Source: Malacoraja senta
Lineage: Eukaryota
Length of the DNA stretch: 64,000 bases
Reading direction: 5' to 3'
NCBI GenBank assembly: GCA_038087875.1
Contig: CM075990.1
Span: 3,660,001-3,724,000, forward strand
Shown here piece after piece: positions 38,605 to 51,828 of this stretch. The stretch's first letter is position 1, and every line of letters starts with the position of its first letter. The notes below the pieces were generated by a model. That model did not search any database and had not been told where the DNA came from. It saw only the letters and a list, made by a program, of their open reading frames with translations. The position numbers were made by a program, and so were the translations under genes.

Positions 38605-39736
38605 TAACAAGTGAATGTGTTCCCACTGTGCTGTTCTCCCATTGCTGATTCATTCCGCATAGTGTTCCTCCCTAAATCTGCCCTTAGGCCATAGAACAAT
38701 GCAGCCTATAGTGGCACAGTGATAGAGTCACTGCCTCACAGTGCCAGAGACCTGGGTTCGATCCTGACCACGGGCACTGTCTGTACGGAGATTGCACATT
38801 CTCCCCGTGACCGCGTGGGTTTTCTCCGGGCGCTCCAGTTACCTCCCACACTCCACAGGTTTGTAGGTTAACCGGCTTCGGGTAAAAATTGTTAATTGTC
38901 CCTAGTGCTTAGGTTAGAGTCAGTGTACGGATGATTGTTGACTTGGTGGGCTGAAGTGCCTGTTTCCGTGGTGTATCACTTCATGAAACTAAACGGACAA
39001 AAAGGAGTGTCTCTGCCTACCCCTGATTAAAAACTTGCTCAGCTAGCCAACCTAGTCCATCCCTCCCCCAGTCCACATTTTCACCCTCTCCCTTTCCCCA
39101 ATCTTGAATCGAGTGTACAAGGAAAGAGAAAACCAGATGTTAAAACTGACCCTGTTAAGTGCAAGGCTAGGCAGTCGGCAGCAGTGGGAGAAATAAACGC
39201 CTTGAGATGGTTCTCATCCGTAACCCTTTCCTGGGAACTGAGTAATCAACAGCGTAGTGGTAGAGTTGCTGCCTCACAGCGCCACAGAACCGGGTTCCAT
39301 CCTGACCTCGGGTGCTGTCTGTACGGAGTTTGCATGTTCTCCCCCGTGACCTGCGTGGGTTTTCTCCGAGATCTTTGATTTCCTCCCACACTCCAAAGAC
39401 GCACAGGTTTGTAAGTTAATTGGCTTGGTGTAAATGTAAATTGTCCCTCGTGTGTGTAGGAAAGTGTTAACATGGAGGGATCGCTGGTCGGTGCGGACTC
39501 GGTGGGCCGAAGGGCCTGTTTCCGCGCTGTATTGCTAAACTAAAGTAAACTAAAAGAAGACACAGAGAGCCGGATCGGAGAGCCAGCACATGGGGAGGTG
39601 ACGTTTCAGCTCAAGAGAACATGGAGAGGGGTAGTATCCGGTCAGAATCCTTCATTAGACAGGCCTGAAGAAAGGTCCCAACCCGAAATGTCACCTATCC
39701 ATATGCTCGTGAGATGCTGCCTGACTGGCTGAGTTA

Positions 39737-40381
39737 AGGGCCTGTCCCACTTACGTGTCCTTGGCACGCAAATTACGTGGTCGCGTTGAGGCGCACGTGC
39801 ATCGTATAGCGGGGGGACGGGCGCATGGAGTGGTGTGGAGGAGTGTGGACTTCGTCCTGAACGAAATCTTCGCGCGCCACCGGCCTGTCGCGTAACTGAC
39901 GGCCAAAGTGGGACAGGCCCAAGACCCTGGCGTGACGCAACGTCTCACCTCCAACAGCAGCAGAAGCAGGTAAACGATCGCCGAATTCAGCCTGGGGCTC
40001 ACGGCCGTTGCGGATCCAGATCCGCCCCCACTTCTACTCCCAGAGCGGGGCCAAGAAAATTGAAGATGGACACAAAATGCAGGAGTAACTCAGCGGGACC
40101 GGCAGCATCTCTGGAGAGAAGAAATGGATGACGTTTCGGGTCAAGACCCTTCTTTCAGACTGAAGAAGAGTCTCGACCCGAAACATCACCCATTCCTTCT
40201 CTCCAGAGATGCTGCTGGTCCCGCTGAGTTACTCCTGCATTTTGTGTCCATCTTCAAATGATGTCACACGCTCCAGACGGCTGTGCGGGTGCATGATGAC
40301 GCGCGCGGCTCTCGCGGGACTGTCGCGCGACCGTCACTACCGGCCTGTCGCGGAAGTGACGGCCCAAGTGGGACAGGCCCT
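39737..40381. mobile_element. PIF/Harbinger-like MITE with a duplicated right TIR and an internal Penelope hairpin
   Basis: AGGGCCTGTCCCACTT...AAGTGGGACAGGCCCT; TTA TSD at 39734-39736 and 40382-40384 restores GAGTTACTC of the host repeat. Confidence 0.85.
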
Positions 40382-42145
40382 TTACTCTAACATTTTGTGT
40401 CTACTTCCTGTGGCAGCTTATTTCATACACCCACCGCACACTGTGAGCAAATGTTGTCTCTGCTAAATCTTTCCCCTCTCGCCTTAAACCTATGCCCTTT
40501 CATTCTCGATTCTTCAACCGTGGGGAAAAGACTTTGCGCATTCATCCTCTCTCTTCTAGTAGGTCATCCCTCAGCCTCCTGCACTCCAAAGTATCAAGTC
40601 CAAGCCCGACAATCCTCTCCCAATAGCTCAGGCCCCTGAGTCTTGGCAACACATATCTTCTCTGCACTCTTTCCAGCTTAATGGCATCTTTCCCTGTGGC
40701 AGGGTGCCCAAAACTGAAGACAATACTGCAAATATTGTACGATTCCACTCCGTGTCATATTCCTGTTAAGCTGGAAAGATTTACGAGGATTTTGCCAAGA
40801 CGTGAGGGCTTGAGCTATAGGGAGAAGTTGGGCAGGCTAGGACTTTATTCCTTGGAGCGCAGGAGGATGAGGAGTGATCTTACAAAGGTGTATAACATCA
40901 TGAGGGGAATAGATAGAGAGAATGCACAGATTCTTTAACCCAGAGTTAGGGAATCTAGAACCAGAGGAGATAGGTTTAAGGTGAGAGGGGAAAGATTTAA
41001 TAGGAACCTGAAAGGCAGCTTTTTCCACACAGAAGGTGATGGGTATATTGACGGGCTGCCAGACGGGGTAGTTAAGGCAGGGACTATAGCAACATTTAAA
41101 ATATATTTTATTGATTTATTCATTATCAATTTAGTTATTGCCACAGTCAGATGTAGAGGCCAAGTCATTGGGTATTTTTAAGACAGAGATTGACAGATAC
41201 TTGATTAGTTAGGGTGTCAAGGGTTATGGGGAGAAGGCAGGATCAGCTATGATTGAATGGCGGCATAGACTCTATGGCTACTTTTGCTTCTATGACTTCT
41301 GAGCCTACGACCATTTGGACAAGTACATGGATAGGAAAGGTTTGGAGGGATATGGGCCCAATGGGGGAAGGTGGGACTAGTGTAGAAGATGGGACATGTT
41401 TGTCGGCATGGACAAGTTGGGCCGAAGGGCCTGTTTCTGTGCTGTAAGACTCTATCCTTCCGAGCGCTGTTACAATGAAAACAAACAATTGGGCAGTAAC
41501 ACCACTCTGAACAAAAGCATTCAAGACATAGAATGCATCGAGAGGTGTGCAGAGACCATGGAGAGACCCTAGTAAGGTACTGAATCAATGGTAGCAATGG
41601 ATAACAGAACAAGAACAAAGTGCTGAAAGGCCCTTGATTACAATGTTTCTCTGCTTCTGAACTCCATTAGCTCCCTTGTGTAGTTTAGTTTTGTTTAGTT
41701 TAGAGATATAGCGCGGAAACAGGCCCCTCGGCCCACCGAGTCCATGCTGACCAACAATCCCCCACACATTAACACTACCCTACGCACACTAGGGACAATT
41801 TTGCATTTACACCTGGCCAGTTAGCCTACAGACCTGCACGTCTTTGGAGTGTGGGAGAAAAACGAATATCTTGGAGAAAATCCTCGCAGGTCATGGGGAG
41901 AACGTACAAACTCCACACAGGCAAGCACCCGTAGTCATGATGGAAGCCGGGTCTCTGGCGCTGTAAGGCAGTAACTCTACCGCTACGCCACCATGCCACC
42001 CATGTGTTGGAAATAGTTTGGTATTAAATTACACGGTGTAATTCTGTAGATAAGCCAACTGTAAATAGCTCCATGGAGACACAATGAACTGCAGCTGCTT
42101 GGAATCTTAAGGATCTGGATTATGTGGAGGAAGATCAGAGATGAT

Positions 42146-43470
42146 ACACAAAAATGCTGGAGAAACTCAGCGGGTGCAGCAGCATCTATGGAGCGAAGGA
42201 AATAGGCAACGTTTTGGGCCGAAACCCTTCTTCAGACTGATAGGGGGTGGGGAGAAGAAAGGAAAAAGGGAAAAAAGGCGGAGGAGGAGCCCGAGGGCTG
42301 GGGGAGGGGAGGAGACAACCAGAGGGCTGATGAAGGGGAGGGGACAGCAAGGTCTAGCAGAATTGGGAGAATTCAATGTTCATACCCACAGGATGTAGAC
42401 TGCCCAAGCGGAATATGAGGTGCATTTCCTCCAATTTCGGGTGTTGCTCGCTGTGGCCATGGAGGAGACCCAGGACAGAGAGGTCAGATACGGAATGGGA
42501 GGAGGAGTTGAAGTGCTGAGCCACCGGGAGGTCAGGTTGGTTATTGCGGACCGACCGGAGGTGTTCAGCGAAACGATCGCCAAGCCTCCGCTTGGTCTCA
42601 CCGATGTAGATCAGCTGACATGTAGAGCAGCGGATGTAATAGATGAGGTTGGAGGAGATGCAGATGAACCTCTGTCGCACCTGGAATGACTGCTTGGGTC
42701 CTTGAATGGAGTCGAGGGGGGAGGTGAAGGGACAAGTGTTGCATCTCTTGCGGTTGCAAGGGAAAGTACCCGGGCAGGGGGTGGTACGGGAGGGAAGGGA
42801 AGAATTGACAAGGGAGTTACGGAGGGAGCGGTCTTTGCGGAAGGCAGACATGGGGGGAGATGGGAAGATGTGGCGAGTGGTGGGGTCACGTTGGAGGTGG
42901 CGAAACTGACGGAGGATCACTTGTTGTATGTGACGGCTGGTGGGGTGAAAGGTGAGGACTAGGGGGACTCTGCCCTTGTTGTGAGTGGAGGGATGGGGAG
43001 AGATTGCAGTGTTGCAGGGTATGGCAGAGACCCTGGTGCGAGCTTCATCTATGATGGAGGAGGGGAACCCCCGTTCCCTGAAGAATGAGGACATTTCGGA
43101 TGCCCTGGTGTGGAACGCCTCATCCTGGGAGCAGATGCGGCGTAGACGGAGGAATTGGGAGTGGGGGTGGAGTCCTTACAGGAAGCAGGGTGGGAAGAAG
43201 TGTAGTCCAGATAGCCATGGGAGTCGGTAGGTTTGTAATGGATGTCGGTAAGAAGTCTATCACCTGCGATGGAGATAGTGAGGTCAAGAAATGGTAGGGA
43301 AGTGTCGGAAATGGTCCAGGTGTATTTGAGTGCCGGATGGAAGTTGGTGGTGAAGCGGATGAAGTCAGTCAGTTGTGTGTGGGTGCAGGAGGTGGCACCA
43401 AAACAGTCATCGATGTAGCGGAGGTAGAGGTCGGGGATGGGGCCCTGGTACGTATTGAACAAGGATTGTT
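42146..43470 (-). mobile_element. Penelope-like retroelement, 5'-truncated: RT C-terminal half, GIY-YIG endonuclease and terminal repeat
   Basis: YLRYIDDCF, PFLDL, YKPTD, CNRKRCNTC and LIY..RC..C..IYIGETKRRLGDRFAEH; one frameshift near 43170. Confidence 0.92.
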
Positions 43471-44694
43471 CTACGGTCTTGGCATTATGTCCAGCACAGA
43501 CATTGTGGGCCAAAGGGCCTGCTCCTGCACTGTACTGTTCTATGATCTAAAACACAAAGTGACGGAGGAACTCAGCGGGTCAGGCAGCACCTGTGGAGGG
43601 AAACGGACAGAAAACATTTCAGGGTGTCAGGGGTGAAGGGGAGAAGGCAGGAGAATGGAGTCGAGTGGGAAAGATAGATCAGCCATGATTGAAAGGTGGA
43701 GTAGACATGATGGGCCAAATGGCCCAATTCTGCTCCTAGAACTTATGATAGACATAAAAAGCTGGAGTAACTCAGCGGGACAGGCATCATCTCTGGAGAG
43801 AAGGAATGGGAGACTTTTCGGGTCGAGAACTTTCTTCAGACTCAGTGTCAGGGGAAAGGGAAACAAGAGATGTTGACGATGATGTAGAGAGATAAAGAAC
43901 AATGAATGAAAGATATGCAAAAAAGTAACGATGATAAAGGAAACAGGCCATTGTTAGCTGTTAGCTGCGTGTAAACGAGAAGCTGGTGCGACTTGGGTGG
44001 GGGAGGGATGGAGAGAGAGGGTTACTTGAAGTTAGAGAAATCAATATTCATACCATTGGGCTGCAAGCTGCCCAAGCAAAATATGAGACGTTGTTCCTCC
44101 AATTTGCGTTTAGCCTCACTCTGCAAATGGAGGAGACCGAGGATAGAAAGATCTGTGTGGGAATGGGAAGGAGAATTAAAGTGTTTAGCAACCGGGAGAT
44201 CAGGTAGGTCCAGGCAGACTGAGCAAAGGTGTTATCAGGTAGGTCCAGGTTAGTTAGTTAATTAGTTACTCCTGTCTTAGTTACTCCAGCTTTTTGTGGC
44301 TGCCTGTCCCGCTGAGTTAATCCAGCCTTTTGTGTCTATCTTCAATTTGAACCAGATCTGCACTTCCTTCCAACCTAGAACTTATGAACTAGGTCGGGCG
44401 TCTTCTTCAGACTGACTGAAAATGGGTCCATGGTGGTTTTTTATCATTTTCATTTTTCAGATAATTGGTAACTGTAGATCCCAAAGCCATGGTTTCGATT
44501 TGAAGAGTTTGGCTTTAGGCATTGAGTTGGATTGCACTAAAGACAAACTAATATCTTTGATTTTGTTTCACTTGAACATTTAACATTGAGTACTATCTAG
44601 GTTAACGACTAACAACTGGAAATCTAAGGACTGTGAAAATGGTCAAGAGTGTGGGTGGCACAGTGGCGCAGCGGGTAAAGGTTAGGTTAGGTTA

Positions 44695-45680
44695 GACAAG
44701 CACACCTCTTCAACCCTCACCCTGAACACCGGCGTTCCACAGGGCTGTGTGCTGAGCCCCCTCCTCTACTCCCTCTTCACCTACGACTGCACACCTGTAC
44801 ATGGTACTAACGCCATCATCAAGTATGCAGATGATACAACGGTGATTGGCCTCATCAGTAACAACGATGAGTCGGCCTATAGGGAGGAGGTCCAGCTCCT
44901 AGCAACATGGTGCGCTGACAACAACCTGGCCCTTAACTCCAAGAAGACCAAGAAGCTCATTGAAGACTTCAGGAAGTCTAGGGGTGGCACGCACACCCCC
45001 ATCCACATTAACGGGACGGAGGTGGAACGTGTTTCCAGCTTCGGGTTCCTGGGGGTCAACATCTCCGATAACCTCTCTTGGACCCATAATACCTCAACTC
45101 TGGTCAAGAAGGCTCACCAACGTCTCTTCTTCCTGAGGAGACTAAAGAAGGTCCATCTGTCTCCTCAGATTCTGGTGAACTTCTACCGCTGCACCATCGA
45201 GAGCATCCTTACCAACTGTATCACAGTATGGTATGGCAACTGCTCTGTCTCCGACCGGAAAGCACTGCAGAGGGTGGTGAAAATTGCCCAACGCATCACC
45301 GGTTCCTCACTCCCCACCATTGAGTCTGTCCAAAGCAAGCGTTGTCTGGGAAGAGCGCTCAGCATTGCCAAGGACTGCTCTCACCCCAACCACAGACTGT
45401 TTACCCTCCTACCATCCGGGAGGCACTACAGGTCTCTCCGTTGTCGGACCAGTAGGTCCAGGAACAGCTTCTTCCCTGCTGCTGTTACACTACTCAACAC
45501 TGTACCTCGGTGACTGCCAATCACCCCCCCCCCCCCCCACCCGGACACTCCTCCCACCAGGATTTATTAGATTTATTTATTGCTCATATTTATGTCGCTC
45601 TTCTAGGGAGATGCTAACTGCATTTCATTGTCTCTGTACTGTACACTGCACAATGACAATAAAGTTGAATCTGAATCTGA
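44695..45680 (+). mobile_element. Rex1/Babar-like LINE, 5'-truncated
   Basis: GVPQGCVLSPLLYSLFTYDC, KYADDTT, KKAHQRLFFLRRL; AATAAA plus (TGAATC)n tail; inserted in an HE1-like SINE. Confidence 0.92.
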
Positions 45681-45801
45681 AAGCTGCTGCCTCACAACCT
45701 CAGAGACCCAGGTTCGATCCTGAACTTGGATTGCTGTCTGTGTTGAGTTTTCACGTTCTCCCTGTGACCGCGCGTTTCCTCCGGGTGCCCCGGTTTCCTC
45801 C

Positions 45802-47074
45802 TGTGAATAGCAGAAATGTGGGTACTTGGGAAAATGGGAGATGGGAGATGTCTGTGAAGGGTTCTGATACAACTACATCACCATCACTGTCGGATTGTAT
45901 AATGTGAACCGTCGTCATTTTACCCTGCCTGTAAAATTGTTTTGTTTATCATAGAATGATAAAAGGGGGGAATGTGAATGTCAGAAATGTGGGTACTTGG
46001 GAAAATGGCAGATGTGTTGAAGGGTTCACTAAGGGTGACATCATTTGCAAGGAGCTGGAGACCCATGTGACATAGATGGCTCGAGGGAGTCTGAAGCCTG
46101 GGAAGGGGTTGCAGCAGGTTTCCGTCCAGATGGCCCTACGTTGTCAAAATGTCTGGGATTCTGCAGGTGCAGCTATGCCCTGATGCTAAAGGCATGTTTG
46201 TGATTGGTTGGGGAAATGTTATGTCTCAACTATGTTTCAGTACCTTCCCGCCGGTACTTGTGATTGATTGGTCCAGAAGAGTGGCCTCACCAAAGATGTT
46301 TCTTCATCTAATGGTAATGTTTCTTTACTTAATGGAAATGTTTCTGCCTAAGTGCTATGTGTTGAAATTATGTTATGTACTGTTATATGATTGGGCCAGA
46401 GAGTTATCATTCTATGTATTTTGCAACCAGTATCGGTAATTGGCTTGTAGGGGTTGCCTCCCCAAGTAATGTCATGTCCTGAGTTCGAATCCAGAGCCAA
46501 CAAGATCATGGGGGACCCCTTCCACCCCAGCAACGGACAGTTCCAGCTGCTACGGTCAGGCAAACGCCTCCATTGCCATGCTGTGAAAACGGAGAGGATG
46601 AGAAGGAGTTTCTTCCCAGAGGCCATTCGGACTGTAAACTCCTATCTCACCAGGGACTAACTTACTGAACCAATCTACTGTTATGTGGTGTCTTTTTAAA
46701 ATTGCTGTTTTTTTCTGTTTTTTTCCTCCCACAAATATGTAATATATGAATATGTGATTCTGTTCCATTCTGTTTGTAGTTTTTTTGCACAATCCGCAAG
46801 CATTGCCACTTTTTCATTTCACTGCATATCTCGAATAAATTGACTTGACTTGACTTGACTTGATGGGTATAAAGGGGGGAGTAGTTCGTTGGGGTGTGCC
46901 GATTGTCTATAGTCTGTTATATTTGCGCGAGACTGTTTTGGGCTTGAGTGAGTGGTTCCGAGGATCGGCCCCGCGGTATTGCATACAATAAAATAGAGTT
47001 GGAATTCCAGTGTTCGTATTCGGTGTTTGACTGAACCAGTCTAGGGGGGGGTAAGATTAGAACCGGAATTAACT
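45802..47074 (+). mobile_element. Internally deleted LTR retroelement: 5' LTR stub, polypurine tract and 3' LTR
   Basis: LTR start repeated at 45802 and 45973; PPT AAAAGGGGGGAA at 45961-45972; TATAAA ~46868, AATAAA ~46987; TSD CTCC/CTGC in a split SINE. Confidence 0.78.
46470..46862 (+). mobile_element. LINE 3' end (Rex/L2-like) inserted in the LTR
   Basis: DPFHPSNGQFQLLRSGKRL...RRSFFPEAIR; (TTGAC)n tail. Confidence 0.78.
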
Positions 47075-49659
47075 CTGCCACATCCCGAGGTGTGGGGCTG
47101 TAATTTCATTTAGTTGTCCTCTGTAAATTGTCCCCACTGTGTATGGAACGGTTGCAAAAGTGGGAAAACATGAAACTAGTGTGAATGGGTTTTTAGTTTA
47201 GTTCATAGTTACAGCATGGAAACAGGCCCTTCGGCCCACCAAGTACCCGACGACCAGTGATCACACACACACACACACACTGGTTCTATCCTACACAGTA
47301 GGGGCAATTTACAGAAGCCAATTAACCTACAAACCCGCACGTCTTTTGAGTGTAGGAGGAAACCGAAGCACCCAGAGGAAACCCACTTGTAACTCCGTAC
47401 AGACAGCACCCACAGTCCGGATCGAACCCGGGTCTCTGGTGCTGTGAGGCAGCGACTCTACCACTGCGCCACTGATGGATGATCGATGGTCAGCGCAAAC
47501 TTGGTGGGCCGAAGGGCCTGTTTCCCTGCTGTGTCTGTCATTCCTCGGTCATGCAGATCGGACAATAAACCAAGCCAGTGGTGAGCAGGAAGGTTGCCAT
47601 GAAATACCAGCCTTTAATGACACATTCACCATCGTACAGAGATATTCCTAGCCATGGGGAAGGGTTACAGGGGAAATGAAACACAGATATCGGAGACAAA
47701 CACCGTGCTACATCCACAATTTGTGTACGCGATGGCCAAACCTCTGCAGGCCAGCTGCAGTAACTCCCTTGCTATTCCGTGAAGAAATCAGGCACCGGGC
47801 AACCATGAGGTAAAATGGGGAGTGTTTTTCATGGAAAGCATTAGGGGGGGGGGGGGGGGGGGGTGGCAGGAGGTTGAGCCTGAACAATTAACAAAGAAGA
47901 TTCCCGTCCGGCGTGGCCTTGCTGCGGTTTTTGTGGACCGTGGAGAGGATGTTTCCACTAGTGGGAGAGTCTAGGACTAGAGGTCAAATCCTCAGAATTA
48001 AAGGGCGTTCTTTTCAGAAGGAGATGAGGAGGAATTTCTTTAGTCAGAGGGTGGTGAATCTTTGCTACAGAAGGCTGTGGAGCCCAAGTCAATGGATATT
48101 TTTAAGGCAGAAGTAGATAGATTCTTGATTGGTACAGGTGTCAGGGGTTATGGGGAGTAGGCAGAATGGGGTTAGGAGGGAGAGATCGATCAGTCATGAT
48201 TGAATGGCAGAGTAGACCTGATGGGCCAAATGGCCTAATTCTGCACCTATCCCTTATGACATGACATTTTGACCGGCCAATTTTTTTTGCCAAAACTGCA
48301 AATTAGCCGAGGGAGTGCGGCAGGCCGACTCGTCTCTTCACGGCGCCAGAAGGTGCTCCACGAAGATCATTCTTCCAGGGAAACAAAGCATCAAAAGAGA
48401 CGAGGGCACGGCGGGGCACTTGATCCCTCCACAGCCTCAGCCGAATCAGGAGTCTTCAGCAGGTCAGAGACACACTCTCTTCCACGCCAAACAAAAACAA
48501 GGTACGGAACACAACTTGGCAACACTCGGCATGAAGTGCCGCTACGACACCAGGAACCGGCGCGGGATTAAATAACCGCTCCTTGCCAACTAAGTCACGA
48601 ATACACCTTTTAAATAGACAAAAGCCCTGTGCAACTAAGACGCTTCCTTCCATATTCACTAAGCTGCCTACTGTAACTGGTCCAAGAATGAACACGCAGA
48701 GATCGCGCGCATGAGACTTTCTTATCCTCAGAGCACCCACGGGTTCCCGCCAGCCTCTCTTGATTCTTCATTAGTGCCGGTGTCAGGGGTTATGGGGAAA
48801 AGGCTGGCGAATGGGATTAGGAGGAAGAGATAGATCAGCCATGATTATTTTTGACCCCCAACACTATATAAGACCCAACTCTGCATAGTCCACAACATTC
48901 ACCTACGATGTATAGTTACCACCCATTCATGGTAACTATTGCCTGGGTTGACCCTAGAATGTTACATTGATAGGACAAGTTTGGAGAGATATGGGCCAAA
49001 CGCAGGCAGGTGGGACAAGTGTAGCTGGGACATGTTGGCCGGTGTGGGCAAGTTGGGCCGAAGGGCCTGTTTCCACACTGTATCACTCTATGATGCCATG
49101 ACTCAAGGATTGAATGGCGGAGTAGACTTGATGGGCCGAATGGCCTAATTCTGCTACTATCACTTATGAACTTTTACACCTTTTTTGCTGCCCTTAAGGG
49201 GCTTGTTATAGAGCAAAAACATGGCTGGTCATAGTGAAGGTGACACTCCGCTCTGGGGTGGCTGACATGTAGTGTGGTAGCATTGTGAACCTTCAACTAC
49301 ACACATGTGGCCGCTTACAATGCAATGGCTCAGTTATGTGGCTGTGTATGGATGCCAAACCGGGCCACCAAAGAGGAACAATCAGACAAATGAGCTGATT
49401 AATGTAGTGTGTTGCTGACTGCTCCGTTTCTGCTCAGGTTTGTAGGTTAATTGGCTTGGTAAATGTAAAAATTGTCCCTAGTGTGTGTAGGTTAGTGTGC
49501 GGGGATCGATGGTCGGCATGGACCCGATGGGCCAAAGGGCCTGTTTCCGCGCTGTATCTCTAAACAATTGGTCTTGGAAGGTTGTGGGTCAACTTGTTGG
49601 AGAGTATCTCTTCACACATTTCCTATTGACTCGGTTGACTATTATCTGCACTTTTCCAC

Positions 49660-50520
49660 TGTAAACCTACATGAAATCTTGAGTATTAGCAGCGATTGCA
49701 AGTATCCAAACAAAATAAAAACATTTTGTCAATGCGATTGTGCAGAAATTCATTCTTAAAATCTTGAGATTTCATTCTCAAATTTCATTCTCAAAATCTT
49801 GAGATTTCATTCTCAAATTTCATTCTCAAAATCTTGAGATTTCATTCTCAAATTTCATTCTCAAAATCTAAATTTGTAACAGAAATCTTGAAACTAAGCA
49901 GGGATCGCATATACCCAAGCAAAAAAAAATTGTCAATGTGACTGCAGAAATTCACTTGAAATCTAGAGATCTTATTTAGATTTCATTTTTGAAATCTCAT
50001 TTCATTTTTGAAATGTAAATTCGTAATTGAAATCTAATTTCATAATTGAAATCTTAAGATTAATCAGTGATCATAAATATCAAAACCAAAAAAAGATTTT
50101 TTCAATGTGTCTGCAGAAATTCACTATTGAAACCTTGAGAATTCATTCCTAGATTTCATTTTCAAAATCTAAATTCAGGATTGAAATCTTGCTATTAAGC
50201 AGGGATTGTAAATATCCAAACCAAAAAAAAGATTTTGTCAACGTGATTGCAGAAATTTACTCTTGCAACCTTGAGATTTCATTCTTAGATTTCATTTTTG
50301 AAATCTAAATTCATAATTGAAATCTCAAGATTAATCAGTGATCATAAATATCCAAACCAATAAAAAGATGTTGTCATCGTGATTGCAGAAATTTCCTCTT
50401 GTAATCTTGAGATTTCATTTTTGACATCTAAATTCATAAGTGAAATCTTGAGAATAATCAGTAATCACAAATATCCCCCCAAAATAAATTGTCAATGTGA
50501 CTGTGCACAAATTCATTCTT
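49660..50520. repeat. AT-rich hierarchical minisatellite, ~6 units of 118-204 bp
   Basis: Anchor TGTCAAYGTGAYTGCAGAAATT recurs at ~49727, 49931, 50100, 50236, 50372 and 50490. Confidence 0.88.
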
Positions 50521-51015
50521 GGACCAGCATTGGTTCACCTGCATTAATTACAATATCATCTGTATTTCAATAAAAAGATCCACTCAGAGCTGCAAGTAAA
50601 GAAGGTATCAAATTCATATTCCCACAAACAAAAAAAATGATTTCGCATCAAATGTCTATAAAGCCCTTCTAAATCTTTGAGAATACATCTAACCAGCCCA
50701 TCCATTTCCCCCTTCAAATGCAATCTCCAATTTTTGGCCCATAATCTAGTCAAAAATATAATATTTGTCCTAAAGATATCTCTACACTTGGGAGAAAAAT
50801 AAGCCCTGAAATTCTATAAAATGAATTTCTATAATTTAAAATCAAAAATAAATTCACACCCTCTATAATTTGATATTTTATCCCAATGTCTAAAATCAGT
50901 ACAAATAAGATTAAGATCCTTTGTAACCCTGTCTCCCCATCTAGCCTCAATTCATGCAAAATCTTTATAAAATCACGTCATAAAAATAATCTTTCCCTTA
51001 ATAAATAAATCCCTC

Positions 51016-51635
<620 letters not shown>

Positions 51636-51828
51636 TTAGTATGATTCCATTATCATGTGGACTTCAAGCAACTCTGTTGTCCTTTGATGTCTCGTTAGGC
51701 CATTGCACATCCATCAAAGAGCTGCCCGGCACTTTGGAAGAAGGTTCGAGGAGCTTCAAGTTCTGGCGATAAATTGTAGACGTTCGCCTTCCACTGCTGG
51801 AAAATGATTGCAGTAATTGCCCTCGAGG

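Larger units (their letters stand above)
33727..38953 (+). repeat. Degenerate direct segmental duplicate of 53766-62193
   Basis: Six colinear blocks of shared unique sequence and shared repeat junctions (see findings). Confidence 0.88.

Noticed and set aside
47844..47863. Poly-G run and poly-C runs (13052, 45523, 58881) as functional G-quadruplexes
   Set aside because: Simple homopolymers with no supporting context.
1..49000. Exons of the expected neighbour gene (SPOCK2 lies 3' of CHST3 in human)
   Set aside because: No thyroglobulin-domain or acidic-tail exon recognised by eye; small exons could have been missed and tBLASTn would decide.
49660..50520. CRISPR-like periodic array
   Set aside because: Inter-anchor segments are homologous to each other rather than unique spacers, there are no cas genes, and the context is eukaryotic.
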